A DNA stretch of 64,000 bases from Pachysolen tannophilus NRRL Y-2460 (GCA_001661245.1 KV454014.1:1-64000), one strand, 5' to 3'; numbered from the stretch's first letter, positions 24,733 through 36,351 are shown. Made by a program: numbers and translations. Notes: generated from the letters alone by a model not told the origin.

Positions 24733-25932
24733 ATGTTGGATTATGCACTTGCAAAAGTTTTATCGCCTTTCCAGTCATCAGTTGTAAATCCATCTAGTTT
24801 AGAAAAAATTCAACCAACAGTTTTACCAAATAAACCTGTTGTGGCATTATACTATACTAATTGGTCAATTTTGAACCACCCTGAGAAACCACCACATACG
24901 TTACCATATGATCAGATAACAAATGTTAATTATGCTTTTTTCAAGATAAATAAGAGAACTGGTAACGTTACACATACTGATTTTCATACAGATGCACGGC
25001 TTAAATTATTTATGCCTTATAAAAGAGATTCTTGGTTTAGAACCATTCAAACTTTAGGATTGTTGGGACAATTTATGAATGTGAAATATGCTCGTGTTCC
25101 AGAATTAAAAGTTATGATGTCAGTTGGTGGATGGGGACTGAAGGAAGATTTTAAATCATTAATGACAGAAGAATTTAAATTAAATAATTTTGTCAAATCT
25201 ACTTTGTCAATAATTAAAACATTTGATTTGGATGGGGTTGATATTGATTGGGAATACCCGGAAAATGAAAAAGAAGCAGAATATTTAGTTAAATTATTGC
25301 AAGTCTTGAGGATTCAATTAGATAAGGCAAATAAAAAACCATTGTTTTTATCATTTGCTGCACCATGTGGTGACCGTGAAATTATTGATTTATTAGATTT
25401 GAAAGAAATGGATAAATATTTGAATTTCTGGAATTTGATGACCTATGATTTTTCTGGTTCTTGGAGTGAAAAAGTTCTGCATCATTCAAATTTATATGGT
25501 GATGATAAAACTGAATTATCTTGTGATTCCATAGTTCAACATTATATTTCACAAGGTGTTACATCTCAAAAGATCATCTTAGGTATGCCAAATTATGGTA
25601 GAGTGTTTAGTGGCTGTAATGGTGAAATTGGTTCGAAATTTAAAGGAACTGGTTGTTATAAAGAAGGTATTGTTGAATTTAACAGGTTACCTTTGCTTAA
25701 CACTGTGGAACATTTTGATTCAAAATTAGGTGCAGCATATTGTTATGATCCAATAAAGAGATACTTTATCTCATATGATAGTAATGAATCTGCAAGATGG
25801 AAGGCAAAATATGTAAAAAAGCACGAATTAGGTGGTGGATTCTGGTGGGAAAGCAGCGGAGACCAAAATTACCTTAAAAATTTAGAAAAATCTAACGTTT
25901 TTCAATTTGTTGAGGAATTGAAAAGAAGTTGA
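24733..25932 (+). CDS. GH18 chitinase (Cts2/Cht4-like, no obvious signal peptide)
   Basis: MSVGGWG, LDGVDIDWEYP catalytic motif, NLMTYDFSGSW, GGGFWWESSGD. Confidence 0.9.
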   Translation: MLDYALAKVLSPFQSSVVNPSSLEKIQPTVLPNKPVVALYYTNWSILNHPEKPPHTLPYDQITNVNYAFFKINKRTGNVTHTDFHTDARLKLFMPYKRDSWFRTIQTLGLLGQFMNVKYARVPELKVMMSVGGWGLKEDFKSLMTEEFKLNNFVKSTLSIIKTFDLDGVDIDWEYPENEKEAEYLVKLLQVLRIQLDKANKKPLFLSFAAPCGDREIIDLLDLKEMDKYLNFWNLMTYDFSGSWSEKVLHHSNLYGDDKTELSCDSIVQHYISQGVTSQKIILGMPNYGRVFSGCNGEIGSKFKGTGCYKEGIVEFNRLPLLNTVEHFDSKLGAAYCYDPIKRYFISYDSNESARWKAKYVKKHELGGGFWWESSGDQNYLKNLEKSNVFQFVEELKRS

Positions 25933-26576
25933 AAAAAAAAAATCAATTAGAATAGCGTTTTTCTTATATATGATCTGAAAAATTGTGATTATATTTTTTT
26001 TACAATTCTTTATCCAAAAAAAAAAAAAAACATTTTACATTTTATTACTCCATGGTAGGCACCATCTGAAATATCTTTATTTGACTTCCAAGTTGATTAA
26101 GAGACAAATATGGGTTTTCAAGGAAAGTAGAAGAATCTTAACTTAAAACAAAGAAAAACAAAAAAAAAATACTCAAGATCTTGAAACTTGGAAAAATTAT
26201 ACAACAAACAATATAAGTAGATATATTAATAGAGAAAAAAAAAAAAAAAAAAAAAAAAAATTAGAATGACAACAAGCAATAAAATGGGAATAGTGTTGAT
26301 TGCAATTACCTTTAGGCTTTCCTATCACTCCTTCTTTGGTTTTTCTTTCTTTTTTGTTTTTTTTTTTTTTTGAATTTTTTTAAGGATGGGAGATTTTCTT
26401 TCTATATTTCCAGCCTATCCATGATATTGTAGAAATGATAATGAAAAGATAAAGTTGAAAAATTGGTTAAAAGAGCATAAAAATAATAAACAAATAAAGA
26501 TAAAAGATAAAAATATAAAGATAAAAAAATAAGAATAATAATGATAATAATAAAAGAAATCTCTATGCAATTACAA

Positions 26577-27704
26577 TTAAATAATACTATCCATTTTACT
26601 GAAAACATTTATAACTGCAGCAATAACTTCAATTTTCAAATCAACGTTATTATCCTTTTGTTTTGCAAGTTCAATTTCTTCATCAACTTTTGCTTTTAAA
26701 TTTAAACCAATACCTAACTTATTATCATTTTCAAAAGGTAAAACACTAAAATTAGCAATCAATTCATCTGCTCTATTAAAAGCTTTATCTCTTTGATCAT
26801 ATGTTAAATCGAGTAATACATTTTCTAATACATTTGCTGCATAACATCCACATACTAATGATATTACTCTTAAATTTTTAAAAGGAACCAGTTCAGAAAA
26901 ATATTTTGGATCTGATTCTAATATAAAATTTCTTTGAGTTACTAAATTTAAAATTTTACTAATTGTTAATTTTTTTGGAGTAAAATCATTTATAGGATGA
27001 GTTGCCATATCAAATAATAAAAAATTTTTACGTTCTGTTCTTAATATACCTTTATCAACCAATCCTTTTGCTAATCGTTCTCTAACTTGTTTTAATTGAT
27101 AATTTATTTTCATCAAATTCCATGTTTCACCACTTAATAAATCTATCCATTGATTAATACTTAAATGATCAGAATCACTTTTAATCAATTTTAACAGTTC
27201 ATCTAATAATACTTCACCAGTTAATTTATCATCAACAACTTCAATTAATCGATCACTCAACTCAAATCTTCTCCTAACAGGATCATTTACCATAGATATC
27301 TTACCTCTAAACAGCAATTCCATCAATATTAACCCTCTTAAAGTATATGAAATATTATCATTCCAAAAACTAAGATAACCTTCTTTATCTTTTAATCCAA
27401 TCAATAATACTTCTTCCATCAAAGTTAAAAACGGCAGATTAGACCCACTCTCAGATAAATTCGAATTCGCCAAATCTTTTGGGTCATAAGCTATCTTATG
27501 TGAATTTGGTAAATCATCCGATGATAATTGTGTAAGATTTGACTGATCATCAGAACCAGAATTAACAGACTTATTACCACCACGACGTCTTTGTAATCCT
27601 GCCTGTGATCTCTGTGGAGGTCCTCTAAAGAAATCTAAAACATCGATTTTTTGCTTTAAATTAGCTCTAGGCAATTTATGATTATCATGTCTCTCAGGTG
27701 CCAT
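26577..27704 (-). CDS. VPS74: Golgi phosphoprotein 3 homolog; start uncertain
   Basis: LQRRR, LTLMEEVLLIGLKDKEGYLSFWNDNISY, LLSGETWN, NFLLFDMATHP. Confidence 0.93.
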   Translation of the reverse strand: MAPERHDNHKLPRANLKQKIDVLDFFRGPPQRSQAGLQRRRGGNKSVNSGSDDQSNLTQLSSDDLPNSHKIAYDPKDLANSNLSESGSNLPFLTLMEEVLLIGLKDKEGYLSFWNDNISYTLRGLILMELLFRGKISMVNDPVRRRFELSDRLIEVVDDKLTGEVLLDELLKLIKSDSDHLSINQWIDLLSGETWNLMKINYQLKQVRERLAKGLVDKGILRTERKNFLLFDMATHPINDFTPKKLTISKILNLVTQRNFILESDPKYFSELVPFKNLRVISLVCGCYAANVLENVLLDLTYDQRDKAFNRADELIANFSVLPFENDNKLGIGLNLKAKVDEEIELAKQKDNNVDLKIEVIAAVINVFSKMDSII

Positions 27705-28343
27705 CACCAATCACCAATTACCAATCACTATCACCTCCCGTATCCCAAAATATCTGGAAACTACCAATTAACCAATTTCAACCACACAATCATGAAGTTC
27801 TTCATTAACAAAATGTTAACATTTCTTCTTATCTATACTTTTGCGTTGCTCTTCCGCCAGCCAAAACCACTAGAGCCAAAACCACTGCCGCCAGAATAAA
27901 CCCGGCAGCTGGTGGCGGGCAGGGCAGGGCGGGCCCAAGCTTGGCGGGGCCCAAGCCTGAAAATCTTTGCCTAAATTTTTGCCTAAATGTTTTCCCTTGA
28001 ATTTCCCGCCAAAGTTTTTGACGGGACCCTCCGCCTGATTTTTTGTCCGCCTCTTCTCACTTTTCTGCCATTTTTTCTGTTTTTTTTCTGTTTTTGCCCG
28101 TGTCAGGAGCGCAAGCTCTTTTTGGAGATTTCGAAATTTCACCAAGTTGTATTGTGTGTCAAGCTAATGGACGGCCCAATAGCAGTTTAAAATTTGAATC
28201 AACGAGGTCAAGTAGGTGTTGATTTAGAGAGGAAATAAAAGAAAAAAAAAAACTATCTCTTGAAGAGGTTTATTGTTTGAATTAATTGATTGAGTTGTTT
28301 TAAAAAAATATTTGGATAATAAGTAGGGATAGAGATAAAGAGA

Positions 28344-30329
28344 ATGTCTTCACAAGTTTTAAAACATTTCCAAAATTTAAAAATGTTTTCAATATCACAA
28401 GCAACTTTATCATCATGGTGTTTGAATGAGACTCAGTTACGAAAGAATTTTAATGAAAATCCAAATTTATCAATGTATAAGAAAAAACCGGTATTAAAAT
28501 ATCCTGAGGTGACTAAACTAGTTGAAAGTTATATTGATGAAAATGTGGCTAAAGGAGTTATAATTACAGATCAGTTGATTAAAGATTGTTTCAATTATTA
28601 TCTTGGAATATATGGATACGCAAAGGAAAGTGTATTGTTAAGTAGCGGGATGTTGCATTCTTTTAAAAAGAGAAATTCAATTAAAAAAGGCTTGAAAATA
28701 GATAAAAATCTTCTGGAACAGTTGCTGACACTGGAACCAACTCCAGTACCGGTTCCAGTACCGGCTCCAGTGTCAACTACTACTTCAGAAACTACACCAG
28801 TGTCTGCACCAGTGTCTGAACCAGTACCAGTTTCTGTACCGGTTTCAGTACCGGCACCAGTGCCGCCTCAGCTGCTGCTGCTGCCTCCTCAGCTGCAACT
28901 GTTGCTGGTTCTGACACCATCTGAATCTCCATCAGACCAACTGCAGATTCCTCTACAGGTTTCAACTGCATCCACAGCTCATATTCCTCCATTCCCACAC
29001 CCAACACATATACAGAGTATCTTGGAGAATTCAGCATTGGGTTTCAATACTAGGTTGATTCATTCCGATGATAGTAATTCAAATTTCTTCAATAATTACG
29101 GTAATAGAACTGTGGATCCAGTAACAACAGAGTTTAATGCCTTAGCCCACTCTGGGTTGATGGCTTCAGACAATTTACTGTTGAATGATGATAACAGCAA
29201 CAACAAACAGCAACAACAGCAACAACAGCAGCAGCAGCAACGACACCAGCGACAGCAATCGCGCCAAAATACAGGTAATTCGAATACTCCTATAAACACT
29301 AATATCATCTTAGACAATTTTTCATATTCTAGAACTAGTCATCCAAATTCTGAAAAAGTGGAAAAAATCTTGGAGAATATCACCAATGGATATGTGACGT
29401 TATATAATTCAGGAACATCTGCTATAATGGGACTTTTAACTTATTTGAACCCCAACAAAATTTGTATTAATAATAATGGTGGGTATCAGGGGACACATCA
29501 AGTTATTAAACTATTATCAAAATTAACTCATTTAGAAAAACTTTCACTAAATGAATATAATAAGCTAAGGAAAGGTGATGTTATGTTGATTGAATCACCA
29601 ATGAACCCTGAGGGTTATTGTGTTGATATCGAAAAATACTCTAAACTAGCTCATTCTAAAAATGCTCTCTTACTTGTGGATTCGACTTTAGCACCTCCTC
29701 CTTTACAAGATCCTTTTAAACATGGAGCTGATTATATCATCCATTCAGCAACTAAATATTTTAGTGGCCACTCTGATTTACTTGCAGGTTTTATAGTATC
29801 TAGTACAAAAGATACAAAGATAAATTTATTGGAAGAGAGATTTTCTTTAGGAACTAATATTGCTAATTTCGATTCATTCTTATTATTAAGATCATTAAGA
29901 ACTTTTAAGATGAGAATTTTACAACAATCTTCAAACACTTTCCAATTGATCAAATTCTTGATGAAAAATATTTCAAAGTACCCTATTATCACTAAAATTC
30001 ACCATTCTTCTTTACAATTAGATCCTTTTGTATTATTACAGTTGAACGGTTATTATAATCCAATATTTGCTATAGAATTTAAGTCCATGGAGATTGCAGA
30101 ATTATTAATTAATAGATTTAGTTTTTTGAATTGTAAAAATAATTTAACTGGTGGTGGAGTTGAAACCACGGTGGAATTGACTTATAAAAATCCAAATTTT
30201 GTTAATTTGGATTTTGATAATATCAATTCTTCTGTAGGTGCTAATCTTTTAAGATTCAGTGTGGGATGTGAAGATCACGAAGATTTAATCAATGATTTTG
30301 ATCAAGCTTTAAGTAGCTTTAATACGTAA
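28344..30329 (+). CDS. CENP-B/Tc5-type HTH fused to Cys/Met-metabolism PLP-dependent enzyme
   Basis: N-terminal ISQATLSSW..YPEV..SSGMLHSFKKR; C-terminal YSRTSHPN, VDSTLAPP, HSATKYFSGHSD, LLRFSVGCED. Confidence 0.8.
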   Translation: MSSQVLKHFQNLKMFSISQATLSSWCLNETQLRKNFNENPNLSMYKKKPVLKYPEVTKLVESYIDENVAKGVIITDQLIKDCFNYYLGIYGYAKESVLLSSGMLHSFKKRNSIKKGLKIDKNLLEQLLTLEPTPVPVPVPAPVSTTTSETTPVSAPVSEPVPVSVPVSVPAPVPPQLLLLPPQLQLLLVLTPSESPSDQLQIPLQVSTASTAHIPPFPHPTHIQSILENSALGFNTRLIHSDDSNSNFFNNYGNRTVDPVTTEFNALAHSGLMASDNLLLNDDNSNNKQQQQQQQQQQQRHQRQQSRQNTGNSNTPINTNIILDNFSYSRTSHPNSEKVEKILENITNGYVTLYNSGTSAIMGLLTYLNPNKICINNNGGYQGTHQVIKLLSKLTHLEKLSLNEYNKLRKGDVMLIESPMNPEGYCVDIEKYSKLAHSKNALLLVDSTLAPPPLQDPFKHGADYIIHSATKYFSGHSDLLAGFIVSSTKDTKINLLEERFSLGTNIANFDSFLLLRSLRTFKMRILQQSSNTFQLIKFLMKNISKYPIITKIHHSSLQLDPFVLLQLNGYYNPIFAIEFKSMEIAELLINRFSFLNCKNNLTGGGVETTVELTYKNPNFVNLDFDNINSSVGANLLRFSVGCEDHEDLINDFDQALSSFNT

Positions 30330-30452
30330 ATAACTGTTTTAAGATAATAAAATAAAAGATAAAAAAAACAAAAAACAAACAAACAAAAAACCCTATAAGA
30401 AACCACTAAATCTTTTTTCCCTAATTAATTCAAAAGTTACTATTCATTAATG

Positions 30453-31562
30453 TTAATGTAAAGCCACGTCTGCCGTGACTGGTCTGTGATCCGAAAGCCT
30501 GACACCATTATCAGAGAAATTCTCACCTCCTTTAATTCTTAAAACTTCAAATCCGCTCAATTCTTTATCCTTCCCATTGAAGTAACCTCCACCCATAAGA
30601 AAATCAATTCTTCCAAAACCACTAAAATCTTCAATTTTTTTAAATCCAGTAAAGCTTGAAAAATTTCCCATTCTATATTGAACTGGACACAGAACAAGAA
30701 AATCTTTAAATTTGAATTTCTCAAAATTGTTAGATTTAAATTGTGATAAGAATTCCGGATTCATATCATCTTTATAATCCAAATTTCCTGAAATGACTTT
30801 ATAACCACCAGAATTCTTATTTTCAGCTTTAGAATTGAAATCACCAGAAACAAATACTGGTCCAAAATTCTCATATTCAAATGATCCAATGTATCTAATT
30901 AACGAAGCTGCAGCCTGACGTGATTCATCTGAAACATGATCCCAATGGGTGTTAATAACAGTGAATTTTTTAAAAGTATTAATAAGTTCAAATTTAGCAA
31001 TTGTAGCAGATCTAATACATGCAGCGCCAGGGTACTGTGAAGGAACAAATGGAGTTTTACTCAACCAAATTGTCTTGACATCAAGTAACTTAACTGTATT
31101 AGTCTTGTAAAAAATAGCAGAATATTCACCTTTTGATTTCCCATCATCTCTACCAACACCAACCCAGCTATAAACATCTTTACCTAACAATTCATGTAAA
31201 TCTTGAACTTGATTTTTTAAAGCTTCTTGAACACAAAAAATATCACTATTATTAAATAAGACATCATTTGCAATACCAATTCTTCTTATAGACCAACTTT
31301 TCTCATTATAATTCCCGTAATAATTAATCTTTCCTTCTTCAGGTAATCTTGGATTCAATTTCTTAATAGAATCCAGAATAGACTCACCATCTTTAAAACC
31401 ATCATTTCTTAAGTTCCAAGTTTGAATTCTAAAAGAAGCTTCTCTTTGGGAACTATGGAAAGAAGCTTCTTTTTGAGAACTATGGAGTTTTTCAACTTTA
31501 GAAGAACTCTTATGATTATTCGAATTAAACAACCCAATAACCCCTAATAACAGTGAAGCCAT
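30453..31562 (-). CDS. Endonuclease/exonuclease/phosphatase (EEP) family protein
   Basis: TWNLR, CVQEA, NTHWD, GDFNS, RIDF, SDHRPV. Confidence 0.85.
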   Translation of the reverse strand: MASLLLGVIGLFNSNNHKSSSKVEKLHSSQKEASFHSSQREASFRIQTWNLRNDGFKDGESILDSIKKLNPRLPEEGKINYYGNYNEKSWSIRRIGIANDVLFNNSDIFCVQEALKNQVQDLHELLGKDVYSWVGVGRDDGKSKGEYSAIFYKTNTVKLLDVKTIWLSKTPFVPSQYPGAACIRSATIAKFELINTFKKFTVINTHWDHVSDESRQAAASLIRYIGSFEYENFGPVFVSGDFNSKAENKNSGGYKVISGNLDYKDDMNPEFLSQFKSNNFEKFKFKDFLVLCPVQYRMGNFSSFTGFKKIEDFSGFGRIDFLMGGGYFNGKDKELSGFEVLRIKGGENFSDNGVRLSDHRPVTADVALH

Positions 31563-31834
31563 CTTACTAATAATAACTATAAATCTAATTCAATCAATTT
31601 TAACAATATCAATAGCAATGAATAAATATTATTTAAATTAAACCATATATTATATATATATATATATATATATAAAAGTAGTGATTTAACTACTCTTGCT
31701 AAATAATTAATCTAAATCATATATTAATATATCATAAAATAACTATAAAAAAAAACCCAGTTTCTACTTTAATTCTATTCTATAAACTTGAAAACGATTA
31801 TATCAAAGATTATTATTTTTAAATTTATTAATCA

Positions 31835-33364
31835 TCAAATGTAAAATTGTGGTTTACCAGAAGTTTTAGTTTGAGAATAAGAAGTTTGATGATCAACTCT
31901 TGGTGCTTCACGTAAAAATGAGTTAAATTCTCTATTACTAACAATACTAACAACACTACTTGCAGCACTGACATGTTCACTTTTCAAGATCAAATTATCT
32001 ATATTTGCAATTTCTGGTTCTTCACTTAAACAACCATTCATTCTAGCTTCATATTCCAGTGCTGCATGTCTTGCCTTTTCCATATATGTTTGATGTGAAG
32101 TATGATTATGATTTCTTTTAGTAGCATAATGAGCAAATGTTGGAGATTCAATAATATCTTGATTATTTCTTTTTTGTTGTAATTTTGTTAATGATTTATT
32201 TAACATGTTTAAAGATATTGAAGATGAAGGATTCATATTTGATTTTTTAAAATAATCACCTATATTTTTAATACTTTGTTCTGGTGATAAATTTCTTGGT
32301 GTATTTATAGGAGATTGTCTCGGAGAATAACCTAATTTATGTAAAGAATAATTTGATTTAAAACTTTGTAATAAATCAACATGACTTGTTGATTTTTCAA
32401 TTAAGAATTTATGATTTACCAATTCATCAATAGTTATTCTTTGATTTTGATTTAAATTAAAACATTTAGAAATAAAATCTTTAGCATTATCACTAATATT
32501 TTCCCAATATTCTTTTGGTTCAAAATAATAATCACCTGTCATTATAGCTTCTCTTGTTTCATCATCAGTTTCACAATCAAATGGCATATAACCACATAGT
32601 ACAAAATATGTTAATACTCCTAATGACCATATATCTACTGGGTAAGAATAACCAGTAATTTTTTCTTCAAGATAAATATCAATTTGTTCTTTTGATAAAG
32701 ATGAAGGAATGGGATATTTATGAATTAAAATTTCTGGTGCAATATGACTTAAAGTTCCACAAATTAAATTTAATTTATCCTTTTGTTTATTATAAAAAGT
32801 TGCTAATCCAAAATCAGTAATTAAAATTTCAGATTTTATTGAAGTTGTCTTAAATACTAAATTTTCAGATTTTAAATCTCTATGAATAATATTATGATGA
32901 TGTAAAAATTGAACTGCATCACATAATGATTTTATAATATTTATAGCATCTTGTTCAAAATAAGAACCATTTGATGAAATTTTATCAAATAAATCACCAC
33001 CTGTTGCTAAATCTGTAACTAAATATAATTCATCATCAGTTTCGAAAAAATCATTTAATGATAAAATATTTTTATGATTAAATTTTGAAATTTTTTTCAA
33101 TATTGTAATCTCATTTTGAATTAATGATTCTCTACCATACATCAAATTTTTTTTAATAACCTTAATAGCATAATGTAACCCAGAATCTTTATGAACTCCT
33201 TCTTTCACAACAGAATAAGTTCCTGATCCTAAAGTTTCAGCCAATACAACATATTTACATTTAAAATGTATTCTTTCATCAATATTAACTTTCCTAATAC
33301 TCTCTACTGAGGGCCATATATCACCCTGCTCATAATGGTAATCTTTCCAAACATTACTTGACAT
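31835..33364 (-). CDS. CaMK-group Ser/Thr kinase
   Basis: LGSGTYSVVK, HRDLKSEN, DFGLA, APE, DIWSLGV. Confidence 0.9.
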   Translation of the reverse strand: MSSNVWKDYHYEQGDIWPSVESIRKVNIDERIHFKCKYVVLAETLGSGTYSVVKEGVHKDSGLHYAIKVIKKNLMYGRESLIQNEITILKKISKFNHKNILSLNDFFETDDELYLVTDLATGGDLFDKISSNGSYFEQDAINIIKSLCDAVQFLHHHNIIHRDLKSENLVFKTTSIKSEILITDFGLATFYNKQKDKLNLICGTLSHIAPEILIHKYPIPSSLSKEQIDIYLEEKITGYSYPVDIWSLGVLTYFVLCGYMPFDCETDDETREAIMTGDYYFEPKEYWENISDNAKDFISKCFNLNQNQRITIDELVNHKFLIEKSTSHVDLLQSFKSNYSLHKLGYSPRQSPINTPRNLSPEQSIKNIGDYFKKSNMNPSSSISLNMLNKSLTKLQQKRNNQDIIESPTFAHYATKRNHNHTSHQTYMEKARHAALEYEARMNGCLSEEPEIANIDNLILKSEHVSAASSVVSIVSNREFNSFLREAPRVDHQTSYSQTKTSGKPQFYI

Positions 33365-34109
33365 ATCATTTATCTCTGCCCACTCATTCGCCCAACAAAA
33401 AAGATTAAAAGAAAAACAAAACTAAACTCTATTTCTATTCTATTTGAATAACTATTAATCAAGTTAATTTGGTTGATTTAATATTATCATGTTATTTTTT
33501 AAGAAAACAGAAGATCTCTTTCTATTTCTCTCGTATAAAAGTATTAAGAGCACGCACTTTTAAGCCTCAGCCGCGCACACTAATGCACATAAGCGCATTG
33601 GAGCAGCGCACACCAATATTTAGAAACAGCGCATACATTAGTGCACTTTAGCGCACAAAAACAGCGCGCATTAAAATATTTAAAAAGCAACATATCAGTG
33701 CACCATATTTACCTTAAAAAGCGTTATGCATATGTGTACCACAAAATATAAAAAAAAAATAAAGCGGATCGCACTAATCGCTAATAATGTACCGCAACTG
33801 TTTATTACACATGCGCAACACAATTGCGCTGTTTACTTGCGCACTACTTTTTTTTTTTTTTCATTTTTCATTTTCATTTTTTTTTATGTGACTTCGTTCG
33901 AATTCCTTTTTGACTTTGTTCTTTGCTATATAATTTTGAAAATTCACATTCATTTTTTAGGTAAAAAGACTTTATAATTTTAATTATTTAAAAATTAATC
34001 AAGTTATCGAGGAAGAATTGAAACTTTTCTTTTAGCAATTTTTTTTTTAGCAATTTTTGATTTTTTTTTGCTTTGGCAGTCAATTTTGTAAACTTATTGT
34101 GATAATAAC

Positions 34110-35525
34110 ATGGATTCGAAAGTAATTGGAATTTTAGGTGGTGGTCAATTAGGACGTATGATAGTGGAAGCTGCTAATAGGTTAAATATCAAGACCATAG
34201 TGTTGGATGCACCAAATTCACCGGCAAAGCAGATCAATGCATTAGATCCTCATGTTAATGGTTCTTTTACAGACCCAAAATGTATTAAGGAATTAGCTTC
34301 AAGATGTGATTTATTAACAGTTGAAATTGAACATGTTGATGCTGATTATTTAATGGAATTACAACTGCAAACTAATATTGAAATTTATCCATTACCTGAA
34401 ACTATTAAATTGATTCAGGATAAATATTTACAAAAATTACATTTATTAGAACATGATATTCAAGTTGTTGAATCTAAATCTGTTGAATCTACAAAAGAAT
34501 CTTTATTAACTATTGGAAAATCATTTGGGTATCCATTCATGTTAAAATCTAGAACTTTGGCTTATGATGGTAGAGGTAATTATGTTGTTAAATCTGAAGC
34601 AGGTATTGACGATGCTTTGAAAACGTTATCAAACCGTCCATTATATGTTGAAAAATGGGCTCCATTTGTTAAAGAATTGGCAGTTATGGTTGTTAGATCA
34701 GTTGATGGTAATGTTCAATCATACCCTGTAGTTGAAACTATTCATGAAAACAACATTTGTCATTTATGTTATTGTCCAGCTCGTGTTAATTATACTGTAC
34801 AAGAAAAAGCTCAACTATTGGCTAGAAATGCAATTAAAACTTTTAATGGTGCAGGTATATTTGGTGTAGAAATGTTTTTATTGGCAAATGGTGAATTGTT
34901 GATTAATGAAATTGCACCAAGACCACATAATTCAGGTCATTATACAATTGATGCTTGTAATATTTCACAATTTGAAGCTCATATTAGATCTATAACAAAT
35001 TTACCAATGCCAAAAGGTTTTACTTCATTAACTACAACATCAACAAATTCAATTATGTTAAACGTTCTTGGTGATTATATAACACCTGATGCAGAATTGG
35101 AAAAATGTCGTAAAGCTCTTGAAACTCCACATGCTTCAGTTTATTTATATGGTAAAACTACAAGACCTGGAAGAAAAATGGGTCATATCAACATTGTAAG
35201 TTCATCAATGGAAGATTGTCAACGTAGATTGGATTATATAATGGGTCATACTAATGAAATCCCAGCAAGCTTGGATTTCAATAAAGATAATCAAATTGCT
35301 GGAACTTCAATAAAACCATTAGTTGGTGTCATAATGGGTTCAGATTCAGATTTACCTGTAATGTCAAAAGGTTGTGAAATCTTGAAAAAATTTAATGTCC
35401 CATTCGAAGTTACAATCGTTTCAGCCCATAGAACTCCTCATAGAATGTCCAAATACGCTATAGAATCAACAAGAAGAGGACTCAAATGTATTATTGCAGG
35501 AGCAGGTGGTGCAGCACATTTACCA
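34110..35525 (+). CDS. ADE2: ADE2 5' part (ATP-grasp plus first half of AIR-carboxylase domain), truncated after codon 472
   Basis: [52 protein letters not shown], then read-through into non-coding sequence to a stop at 35627. Confidence 0.93.
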
Positions 35526-35964
35526 TCTTCTTCTTCTACTACTACTACTATTACTACTTTTCCTTTTTCTTTTCCTATTTCCCTTGATTTGATTTCCTTC
35601 TATTTTAAAAACAAAACAAAACAATAAAAAAAAAAAAAAAAAAAAAAATACAACTCAATTAAAACCTAAATCTTATCAATGAACTATTAATCAACCTCAA
35701 CCAAAAGATCAATTAATTCATCAATATTTCATTAAATTATATAAACTAAATCAATTCAATAATTTATAGTAACAAGTTTCAATTTATGGTTTTATTCACT
35801 TTTGATTTCTAAGGTAGAAATTATTGGTTTGATTTACACGACACACTTTCTCCTTTACAAATTACTAAGAGATTGAGTGTAATGATGATGATGAAGAGGT
35901 TATTGAAGTTAATTGGTTTATTGAGTAAATATATATATATAGAGAGAGAAAGAGATTATATAGG

Positions 35965-36261
35965 TTATTGTTTCAAGTAGTCTTCGTAGCCAATTGCTTC
36001 TAATCTCTGTGCTTTTGTCAACACTTCTTCTTCCATGTTGTTCATATAAGTTTCCATTTCAATTAACCATTTAGAATCGTGAGCACCTAGTATTTTAATT
36101 GCTAATAGAGCAGCATTTGTTGCATTATTTATGGCAACCGTGGCAACTGGAACACCTCTTGGCATCTGGACGATACTGTGTAAAGAATCTACTCCATCTA
36201 AAGTTGAGCCTTTAACAGGGACACCTATGACGGGTAATGGAGTCATAGCAGCAACCATACC
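35965..36261 (-). CDS. ADE2: ADE2 3' part (rest of AIR-carboxylase domain), on the opposite strand
   Basis: [46 protein letters not shown] is the exact continuation of HLP. Confidence 0.93.
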   Translation of the reverse strand, partial: GMVAAMTPLPVIGVPVKGSTLDGVDSLHSIVQMPRGVPVATVAINNATNAALLAIKILGAHDSKWLIEMETYMNNMEEEVLTKAQRLEAIGYEDYLKQ

Positions 36262-36349
36262 AAGTAAAAGAAAGAAAGAAAGAAAGAAAGGATCAAGATA
36301 CTAATTTTGGTTATTCTCTTTTTTATTTCTTTTTGATTTGGAAATAAAG
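36262..36349 (+). other. Orphan spliceosomal intron lacking its 5' GT, flanked by 10-bp inverted repeats (36252-36261 / 36349-36358)
   Basis: Starts AAGTAAAAG; TACTAAT at ~36299-36305; pyrimidine tract; first downstream AG at 36348-36349, followed by GTATGGTTG. Confidence 0.65.
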
Positions 36350-36351
36350 GT

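Noticed and set aside
28344..28700. Active pogo/Tc5 transposon
   Set aside because: No DDE domain, TIRs or target duplication seen.
35526..35627. [11 protein letters not shown] tail as a real Ade2 C-terminus
   Set aside because: It is read-through into inverted intergenic microsatellite DNA.
35965..36258. Natural PurK/PurE-style fission of ADE2
   Set aside because: The cut is inside the PurE domain signature, not at the domain boundary.
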